From positions 1-5,720 of the IMG/VR virus record IMGVR_UViG_2703718860_000012: a stretch of 5,720 nucleotides of DNA, one strand, 5' to 3'. The DNA comes from a virus (taxonomy: Duplodnaviria > Heunggongvirae > Uroviricota > Caudoviricetes). The stretch's first letter is position 1, and every line of letters begins with the position of its first letter. The position numbers were made by a program, and so were the translations under genes. Below are positions 1 through 5,338 of the stretch, one piece after another. The notes below the pieces were generated by a model that was not told the DNA's origin, searched no databases, and saw only the letters and a program-made list of their open reading frames with translations.

Positions 1-900
1 GGGCGTGTCCTGCTGGAGCCTGAGCCGGAACGTTATTCATCTTTTGCCAGTGGTGCCGTTCCGGCATCATCACAACCGCTGGCGGATGATCCTGCCGTTC
101 GGGCCGTGTTCCGCCATGAGGCGGTGATCCGTCGTGCTGGTGGCGTGGAATGCCTTGAGAGCTGGTTACTTCGTGAAAAGGGCTGTCAGTGGCCTCATTC
201 CGACTGGCACAGCGAGAACATGACCACAATGCGGCACGCGCCAGGCGCAATCCGTCTGTGCTGGCACTGTGACAATCTTCTCCGTGACCAGTTCACGGAA
301 CGGCTGGAAGCAATGGCAACGGATAACTGTGCCCGCTGGGTGTTGTCTGTTGTGCGCCGTGATCTTGGTTTTGATGACAGTCACGTTGTGACAATGCCGG
401 AACTGTGCTGGTGGCTGGTTCGTAATGACCTGGCGGATGCTTTACCGGAAAGTGCAGCCCGTAAGGCCCTGAGATTACCGAAGCCTGTTGTGCCGTCTGT
501 CACCCGGGAAAGTGACCTTGTGCCTTCGGTTCCTGCCACCAGCATCATCCAGGATAAGGCGAAAAAGGTGCTGGCGCTGAAAGTGGATCCGGAGTCGCCG
601 GAGTCTTTTATGTTACGCCCAAAACGTCGCCGCTGGGTTAATGAAAAGTACACGCGCTGGGTTAAGACACAGCCGTGTGCATGTTGTGGAAAGCCTGCTG
701 ATGATCCCCACCACCTGATAGGCCACGGTCAGGGTGGTATGGGGACAAAAGCGCATGACCTTTTTGTGTTGCCGTTGTGCAGAAAACACCATGACAAACT
801 GCATGCGGATACCGTGGCATTTGAAGAGAAGTATGGTTCCCAACTGGAGCTGATATTTCGTTTTATCGATCGCGCGCTGGCGATTGGTGTGCTGTCCTGA
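1..900 (+). CDS. DUF968-family lambdoid prophage protein, 5'-partial (reading frame open from base 1; listed GTG at 106 is probably internal)
   Basis: Frame 1 has no stop from 1 to 900. C-terminal motif C-A-C-C-G-K-P...D-P-H-H-L-I-G...G-T-K-A-H-D...[12 protein letters not shown] (codons from 676) is the HNH-like Cys/His pattern recalled for DUF968 (YdfU-like) proteins, which sit just upstream of Q in lambdoid prophages. A second CxxC lies near residue 52 of the listed ORF. G+C is high, like the esterase gene. Confidence 0.7.
   Translation, partial: GRVLLEPEPERYSSFASGAVPASSQPLADDPAVRAVFRHEAVIRRAGGVECLESWLLREKGCQWPHSDWHSENMTTMRHAPGAIRLCWHCDNLLRDQFTERLEAMATDNCARWVLSVVRRDLGFDDSHVVTMPELCWWLVRNDLADALPESAARKALRLPKPVVPSVTRESDLVPSVPATSIIQDKAKKVLALKVDPESPESFMLRPKRRRWVNEKYTRWVKTQPCACCGKPADDPHHLIGHGQGGMGTKAHDLFVLPLCRKHHDKLHADTVAFEEKYGSQLELIFRFIDRALAIGVLS
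136..143 (+). other. Chi octamer 5'-GCTGGTGG-3'
   Basis: Exact octamer read directly at 136..143. Confidence 0.9.
407..414 (+). other. Chi octamer 5'-GCTGGTGG-3'
   Basis: Exact octamer read directly at 407..414. Confidence 0.9.
536..543 (-). other. Chi octamer (CCACCAGC on + strand, so GCTGGTGG on - strand)
   Basis: Exact reverse-complement octamer read directly at 536..543. Confidence 0.9.
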
Positions 901-917
901 TTTTGTGGAGAAAGTTG

Positions 918-1310
918 ATGCGTGATATTCAGATGGTTCTCGAACGCTGGGGAGCATGGGCGGCAAATAATCATGAGAATGTTAGTTGGTCGCCAATTGC
1001 TGCGGGGTTTAAAGGCCTCATCCCCTCAAAAGTAAAATTTCGACCGCAATGTTGCGATGATGATGGTCTTATCATTAGTTCAGTTATGGCTGTTCTCAAG
1101 AAAAAGGAACCATATCAATACCAATTACTGGAAATGTATTATGTATATGGGATCACATTACGAGCGTTAGGGGCGAAAATGGGGATATCGCTTAATCAAG
1201 TTGTTATTAGATTGCAGAAAGCTGAAGGGTTTGTTGAAGGGTGTCTGGCAATGCTCGAGGTATCTTTAGAAATGGATTGCTATATGAATCACGAAAATGA
1301 TTCAAGATAA
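918..1310 (+). CDS. quuD: Late-gene antitermination protein Q, short QuuD/YbcQ-type (130 aa)
   Basis: N-terminus [20 protein letters not shown]...GFKGLI...RPQCCDDD...LQKAEG matches my recollection of the E. coli DLP12 QuuD (YbcQ, ~127 aa) family. ATG at 918 is preceded by GGAG (907..910) with a 7-nt spacer; the listed TTG at 903 is less likely. Position directly after a DUF968 gene is typical. G+C is clearly lower than in flanking genes. Confidence 0.85.
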   Translation: MRDIQMVLERWGAWAANNHENVSWSPIAAGFKGLIPSKVKFRPQCCDDDGLIISSVMAVLKKKEPYQYQLLEMYYVYGITLRALGAKMGISLNQVVIRLQKAEGFVEGCLAMLEVSLEMDCYMNHENDSR

Positions 1311-1376
1311 ATGAACAGTTACTAGTTATATTTTACAGTAATCTCCTGATGATACACGTTCAGCAGGAGGTTATTT

Positions 1377-1994
1377 ATGAATGAAAATGTAAGACACATA
1401 TTGCTGGATGCAATTGAAAATAAGAAATCTTTAACGGTAATTTACTTAGGAGGTAGTCAGCCAGGAACATTGAGAGATATATCTCCGATAAGCATATCAG
1501 AAGATAAACTTAGGGCAAGATGCCATAGTACTGATGCTGTAAAGTTTTTTAATATTGGGAAAATACAACTACCTAGTGACTCGTCCATGATAACTGTGCC
1601 ATATGGAAGTTTAGAGCTTAAAGTTTATGAGACGATGCAGAGTGTGTATGAGGACTTTCATAGCCTGTATCCGGAAGGTCGATGGGGAGTTGAATTTAAT
1701 GATCATGAATTTGCTCTATTTGATTTTTTCAAAAATGGAAAAAGAAAAAAAACAGCATTTATGGCAATTCAGTTTATGGAAAGACATGAGGATGAAACAA
1801 GAACGGAGATAACAATTGATGTCAGTCTATCAGGTGTTGTGATTTCGGAGGGAGCCAGAACACCTAAAAGACGTCCGTGGGTTGTGACTGGTCCCGGGCG
1901 TGGAGAGCTAAGAACTTATTCAACGTTAGACAAAGCTGCTACAGAGTTTTTTAAGCGACTTTCATTGATGGTATCTATGGCGATTGAAACATAA
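1377..1994 (+). CDS. Hypothetical 205-aa protein, AT-rich cargo (moron) gene of unknown function; no signal peptide or TM segment evident
   Basis: Consensus SD AGGAGG (1365..1370) lies 6 nt before ATG 1377. The ORF is uninterrupted for 618 nt in a region of roughly 35-40% G+C (counted by hand on sample 60-mers) against roughly 55-60% in the esterase gene. Many AGA/AGG Arg and ATA Ile codons, rare in E. coli, indicate horizontal origin. A terminator follows at 2084..2105. I do not recognise the protein. Confidence 0.8.
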   Translation: MNENVRHILLDAIENKKSLTVIYLGGSQPGTLRDISPISISEDKLRARCHSTDAVKFFNIGKIQLPSDSSMITVPYGSLELKVYETMQSVYEDFHSLYPEGRWGVEFNDHEFALFDFFKNGKRKKTAFMAIQFMERHEDETRTEITIDVSLSGVVISEGARTPKRRPWVVTGPGRGELRTYSTLDKAATEFFKRLSLMVSMAIET

Positions 1995-2083
1995 GGGATA
2001 TAAAGATACCGAGGAAATGATTTGTGTTATAACAAAAACCATCTTAATCTGTTAAGAGTGGTCACTCCGTCATACAGCTTAAA

Positions 2084-2105
2084 CCTGCCGCCTGGCGGGT
2101 TTTTT
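2084..2105 (+). terminator. Rho-independent terminator after the 205-aa gene
   Basis: Stem CCTGCC (2084..2089) pairs with GGCGGG (2094..2099), including one G-U, around loop GCCT, followed by TTTTTT (2100..2105). Confidence 0.65.
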
Positions 2106-2136
2106 ATGCCCAAAATCGCGTCAGTACAGTAAACAC

Positions 2137-2144
2137 GCTGGTGG
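2137..2144 (+). other. Chi octamer 5'-GCTGGTGG-3'
   Basis: Exact octamer read directly at 2137..2144. Confidence 0.9.
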
Positions 2145-2227
2145 TTGCGAATACGGGTCTTTCAGCTTGCTGGCTTTTTCGACAAGAGTTATTGGTGTGT
2201 CACGTTAACCGGAAAAGGGAAAAAGAC

Positions 2228-2425
2228 ATGCTAAAACAGCAGGATATGACAGAAACCGCCAGAGTGGTGTTTAATGAATTAAGTGCCACCGAACCGGCGA
2301 CAGTCGGGGAGATTGCGCAGAATACTTACCTTTCACGCGAACGCTGCCAGTTAATACTGACCCAGCTGGTTATGGCGGGTCTGGCAGACTATCAGTTCGG
2401 TTGTTACAGACGCCTTCCGCAGTGA
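2228..2425 (+). CDS. Small hypothetical protein (65 aa), putative winged-helix/HTH DNA-binding protein
   Basis: ATG 2228 is preceded by the purine-rich stretch AAAAGGGA (2213..2220) with a 7-nt spacer; the listed 94-aa form starts at a GTG (2141) with no SD. The segment TVGEIAQNTYLSRERCQLILTQLVMAGL looks like a helix-turn-helix with recognition helix. Its own terminator overlaps the stop codon. Confidence 0.55.
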   Translation: MLKQQDMTETARVVFNELSATEPATVGEIAQNTYLSRERCQLILTQLVMAGLADYQFGCYRRLPQ

Positions 2426-2439
2426 AGGCTTTTTTATTT
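2412..2439 (+). terminator. Rho-independent terminator overlapping the stop of the small wHTH gene
   Basis: Stem GCCTTC (2412..2417) pairs with GAAGGC (2424..2429) around loop CGCAGT, followed by TTTTTTATTT (2430..2439). Confidence 0.7.
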
Positions 2440-2453
2440 GTGGTAAATGGGCG

Positions 2454-2461
2454 GCTGGTGG
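2454..2461 (+). other. Chi octamer 5'-GCTGGTGG-3' inside a GT-rich tract
   Basis: Exact octamer at 2454..2461, followed by Chi-like GTGTGGTGGTTGTTG. Confidence 0.9.
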
Positions 2462-2757
2462 GTGTGGTGGTTGTTGCTTTCCCGTTGCTGAAAAAGAAAG
2501 CATCAGGCGATTAGCAGGGTATCAGTTACCCGTTGAAATTTTTAAATACCTCACAATTCAGGCGGTTGACTGTTGTCTGGTTTGCGGGGAGTTTGTTAAA
2601 AGAAACTGGCATGGTGAATCCCCCTGTGCGGAGGGGCAATCAGCAACTGGTGTTTTGTCACCGACCCTTATCCTTTCTGTGCGGGTTCAGGTGCTGATAC
2701 TGAACTCACCGGGAGGCACCCGGCACCATGTGCATGATGATACAGATACGCGGCTTT

Positions 2758-2784
2758 AGCCCCTCTCCGGAGGGGCTTTCTTGT
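2758..2784 (+). terminator. Rho-independent terminator in the leader upstream of nanS-p
   Basis: Perfect 8-bp stem AGCCCCTC (2758..2765) with GAGGGGCT (2770..2777), loop TCCG, then TTCTTGT. Confidence 0.65.
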
Positions 2785-2812
2785 GGGCAAAAAAAAGCCT
2801 GAGTGGGTTCGG

Positions 2813-2842
2813 GCAACAGCATGAGATATACATTTTTATAAT
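2813..2842 (+). promoter_or_regulatory. Candidate sigma70 promoter: perfect -10 TATAAT (2837..2842) with a weak -35 (GCAACA, 2813..2818, 18-bp spacer)
   Basis: Perfect TATAAT hexamer read directly; the -35 match is only 3/6. Sits ~155 bp upstream of nanS-p ATG. Could be a late (Q-responsive) promoter. Confidence 0.3.
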
Positions 2843-2869
2843 CGAATGGATTTTAACCAGAATTCATAA

Positions 2870-2894
2870 GGCTGCGCAACTGCGTGGCCTTTTT
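2870..2894 (+). terminator. Hairpin plus U5 (attenuator or early terminator) about 25-50 nt downstream of the candidate -10
   Basis: Stem GGCTGCGC (2870..2877) pairs with GCGTGGCC (2882..2889), with two G-U pairs, around loop AACT, followed by TTTTT (2890..2894). Confidence 0.45.
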
Positions 2895-2996
2895 CGTATT
2901 GCGGGCTGTAGTTTTCCTTCTGCCATTGTCCTGTAACTTCCGGACTTCAGCCCGCCCCTCATCTGACTCACAACATTATCCCGACCGGGAGGATTC

Positions 2997-4979
2997 ATGA
3001 CATTTAAACACTACGATGTGGTCAGGGCGGCGTCGCCGTCAGACCTTGCGGAGCGACTGACACAAAAACTGAAGGAGGGGTGGCAGCCATTTGGCAGCCC
3101 TGTCGCCATCACGCCTTATACCCTGATGCAGGCCATTGCGGCGGAAGGTGATGTCACCACACCTGTGGTGGTGAAGCCGTCGGATGGAGAAGGCACAGTT
3201 ATCAGCACCACCAGCGAACCGGAGTATTACTTTGTTGTTGTTCTGGCGGGGCAGTCAAACTCAATGTCTTTTGGTGAAGGGCTGCCGCTGCCGGAGACAT
3301 ATGACCGTCCGGACCCGCGTATTAAACAGCTGGCGCGTCGCAGTACGGTGACGCCGGGTGGTGCCGCCTGTAAATATAACGACATCATTCCGGCAGACCA
3401 TTGTCTGCATGATGTGCAGGACGTGAGTAATCTGAATCACCCGAAAGCAGACCTCAATAAAGGGCAGTATGGCTGTGTGGGGCATGCCCTGCATGTGGCC
3501 AAAAAACTGCTGCCGTTTATGCCTGCCCGTGCGGGGATCCTTCTTGTCCCGTGTGGACGTGGCGATTCGGGATTTACTGCGGGAGCAGAGGGCGCGTTTA
3601 ATGAGGCGTCGGGTGCGACAGCGGGCTCTTCCCTGTGGGGGGTGGATAAACCGTTGTATCGTGACCTGGTCAGCAGAACGCGTGCAGCCCTGAAGAAAAA
3701 TCCGAAAAACGTGCTGTTGTCGGTGATCTGGATGCAGGGGGAAAAAGATGTCAGTTCGGGGAGACATGCAGAGCACAATGCACTTTTTCTTGCCATGGTA
3801 AATAAATACCGTGCAGACCTGGCAGATATTGCAGACCAGTGTACTGGCGGGACAACGTCCGGCGTCCCGTGGATTTGCGGTGACACCACGTACGACTGGA
3901 AGGCGAAGTATGCAGTGCAGTATGAGGCGGTTTACGGAGGCTATAAAGGCAAGGCGGCGCAGAATATTCACTTTGTGCCGTTGATGACGGATGAGCATGG
4001 TGCGAATGTGCCGACAAACGAGCCGTCAGAAGATCCGGACATTATCACGGCGGGATACTATGGTGCCGCGTCACGCAGTAATGGTAACTGGACGACAGCC
4101 GATCGTAAAACGCACTTCAGCTCCTGGGCGCGAAGAGGCATTGTTTCAGATCGGCTGGCAGGAGAGATACTGGTGCGAGCCGGGCGTTTGCTGCCGTTCC
4201 TGAGCGGGCAGTCTGCACCGCTGGCGACCACGCCAGCCTCCACGGGGGATGCACAGTCTGGCTCTGCGGGTCAGACGCAACAGCAGGGTGCAGGTACTTC
4301 TGCAGGCGGTCATACTGAAGCCGTAACAAGAATGGTGGCCGGATATGATGCGAACAGTGGCAGTGGTGTATGGACAGAGCAGCAGTGGAATGCGTCCGGT
4401 GGTAAAGGCACTGTGACGGATGACAGTGGCAGGAAGGCGCTGCGACTGGAAAAACAGCCGGGTAAACTGACCTCCTGGAAGATGTTCCGTACTGTTGCGG
4501 TGGAGGAGGCAAAAAATCTTCTCAGTAAGGGAGGTGAAATTGCCGTGCGGTTTAAGATCCCGGAGGGTGTCGAACTGGTTAACGGTCAGTTTGTCTTTGG
4601 TCTGTACTGGCCGGTGTCGCAGTGGGCGTCAGGCGCGACAGCAAACAGCATGCTGGCGTCCTTCTTCCTTCAGACGGATGCATCAAATCTGAATCTGATG
4701 TACCACAAGGGGGAGTCGAATGCGCAACTGGGCACATTTGGGGCATTTGACCATAACTGGCATACAGTTGTTTTCCGCTTTGCGGGAAATAACAGCGAAA
4801 AAGTGGTGCCGGTGATTGATGATGCAGAGCAGTCTGCGTTTGACCTGGTGATGTGGACAAATGATGGCTTTACAGCAGATACGCTGACGCTGACAGATAT
4901 CACGGGGGCAAAAGCGACGTATCCGGTACTGCTTGATACGGTCACAGTCAAAGTTAACGAAAGCCGGGCATCATCATAA
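2997..4979 (+). CDS. nanS: Prophage-encoded sialate (9-O-acetyl-Neu5Ac) O-acetylesterase, NanS-p/YjhS-like, 660 aa
   Basis: SD GGGAGG (2987..2992) precedes ATG 2997. The SGNH/SASA esterase block VVVLAGQSNSM, with catalytic-type Ser in G-Q-S-N at 3249..3260, lies ~85 residues into the protein, consistent with the N-terminal extension I recall as DUF1737 in nanS-p. Size of ~650 aa, a Gly/Ser/Gln-rich linker and a C-terminal domain match prophage nanS-p genes, which lie between the stx slot and the lysis genes in EHEC phages. High G+C. Confidence 0.88.
   Translation: MTFKHYDVVRAASPSDLAERLTQKLKEGWQPFGSPVAITPYTLMQAIAAEGDVTTPVVVKPSDGEGTVISTTSEPEYYFVVVLAGQSNSMSFGEGLPLPETYDRPDPRIKQLARRSTVTPGGAACKYNDIIPADHCLHDVQDVSNLNHPKADLNKGQYGCVGHALHVAKKLLPFMPARAGILLVPCGRGDSGFTAGAEGAFNEASGATAGSSLWGVDKPLYRDLVSRTRAALKKNPKNVLLSVIWMQGEKDVSSGRHAEHNALFLAMVNKYRADLADIADQCTGGTTSGVPWICGDTTYDWKAKYAVQYEAVYGGYKGKAAQNIHFVPLMTDEHGANVPTNEPSEDPDIITAGYYGAASRSNGNWTTADRKTHFSSWARRGIVSDRLAGEILVRAGRLLPFLSGQSAPLATTPASTGDAQSGSAGQTQQQGAGTSAGGHTEAVTRMVAGYDANSGSGVWTEQQWNASGGKGTVTDDSGRKALRLEKQPGKLTSWKMFRTVAVEEAKNLLSKGGEIAVRFKIPEGVELVNGQFVFGLYWPVSQWASGATANSMLASFFLQTDASNLNLMYHKGESNAQLGTFGAFDHNWHTVVFRFAGNNSEKVVPVIDDAEQSAFDLVMWTNDGFTADTLTLTDITGAKATYPVLLDTVTVKVNESRASS
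3208..3215 (-). other. Chi octamer (CCACCAGC on + strand)
   Basis: Exact reverse-complement octamer read directly at 3208..3215. Confidence 0.9.
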
Positions 4980-4984
4980 CCGGC

Positions 4985-5021
4985 AAAAAAAACCGCCAGC
5001 GGCAGGAACGGAAGCTGGCGG
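4985..5021. repeat. Perfect 8-bp inverted repeat (stem-loop) with an A8 tract on its left side, 14 nt after the nanS-p stop
   Basis: CCGCCAGC (4993..5000) and GCTGGCGG (5014..5021) are exact reverse complements around a 13-nt loop, with AAAAAAAA at 4985..4992. This geometry would terminate leftward (- strand) transcripts; for + strand transcripts there is no U-tract. Confidence 0.5.
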
Positions 5022-5118
5022 AGGTAATCCCAATGGAGAATGTAAAGAAAAGATGCTTTCGTATATCGGTTTTTTAAATGAAAACAGTTCTCATTGTCAA
5101 CCATAACGGTAAGAAACT

Positions 5119-5313
5119 ATGACATTTGTTCATCAGGTGATGCTGTACTTCTGTACGGCTGTCTGTGTGCTGTATCTTCTTTCGGGTGGGTACAGGGCAG
5201 TGCGCGATTTCTGGCGCAGGCAGATTGATAAAAGGGCCGCAGAGAAAATCAGCGCCAGTCAGTCAGCCGGAGCAAAAACAGAAGCCCCACTCATTCCGGA
5301 ACAACCTTCTTAA
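5119..5313 (+). CDS. Small hypothetical single-TM membrane peptide (64 aa)
   Basis: ORF with a hydrophobic N-terminal segment (VMLYFCTAVCVLYLLSGGY) followed by a basic then polar tail; weak SD (AAGAAA). It does not overlap the next gene if that gene starts at 5339. Coding status uncertain. Confidence 0.4.
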   Translation: MTFVHQVMLYFCTAVCVLYLLSGGYRAVRDFWRRQIDKRAAEKISASQSAGAKTEAPLIPEQPS

Positions 5314-5338
5314 TAACCCCTTTCAACGAGAAAATCCT

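Noticed and set aside
903-917. TTG start at 903 for the Q gene (135-aa form).
   Set aside because: ATG 918 has a properly spaced GGAG, and the product then begins MRDIQ as in the QuuD-type proteins I recall; TTG 903 has no SD.
166-974. Minus-strand ORFs 166..384, 381..653, 613..966 and 729..974.
   Set aside because: They lie entirely antisense to the DUF968 and Q genes, which have motif-level support, and have no SD or recognisable motifs. They are typical shadow ORFs of a high-G+C coding region.
1627-1812. + strand 61-aa ORF in an alternative frame inside the 205-aa gene.
   Set aside because: Fully nested out of frame in the better-supported 205-aa ORF, with no SD; an AT-rich frame artefact.
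2017-2055. 12-codon mini-ORF (MICVITKTILIC) between the cargo gene and its terminator.
   Set aside because: The GAGG lies only 2 nt before the ATG, which is too close for an SD; too short to support.
2141-2227. GTG-initiated N-terminal extension of the small wHTH gene (94-aa form).
   Set aside because: No SD before GTG 2141, and the extension would run across the Chi site and the upstream spacer; ATG 2228 with AAAAGGGA fits better.
2447-2491. Trp-rich 14-codon mini-ORF (MGGWWVWWLLLSRC) that could look like an attenuation leader peptide.
   Set aside because: The Trp codons are a by-product of the Chi and GT-rich tract (GCTGGTGGGTGTGGTGG), there is no SD, and the context is not a trp biosynthetic operon.
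1995-2996. tRNA genes, expected by analogy with Stx phages, which carry ileZ-argN-argO upstream of stx.
   Set aside because: I found no cloverleaf-compatible segment or GGTTCGAATCC-type T-loop; the nearest look-alike (GGGTTCGGGC near 2806) lacks complementary T-stem arms.
1311-2996. Shiga-toxin genes stxA/stxB in the interval between Q and nanS-p.
   Set aside because: Neither ORF in the slot has the size, signal peptide or motifs of StxA (~315 aa) or StxB (~89 aa with signal peptide).
3261-5104. Multiple ORFs antisense to or out of frame with nanS-p (3261..3998, 3437..3889, 3751..4017, 4058..4243, 4117..4512, 4579..4860, 4670..5104; + strand 3469..3693, 3991..4203, 4495..4692).
   Set aside because: All are nested in the nanS-p gene, which has a strong SD and an esterase motif; they are shadow ORFs typical of G+C-rich coding DNA.
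5165-5338. Upstream extension of the acidic protein to ATG 5165 (154-aa form), and minus-strand ORF 5323..5550.
   Set aside because: The extension overlaps the 5119 ORF out of frame and encodes a Cys/Gly/Arg-rich stretch that is not protein-like; the minus ORF is antisense to the repeat-containing acidic gene.
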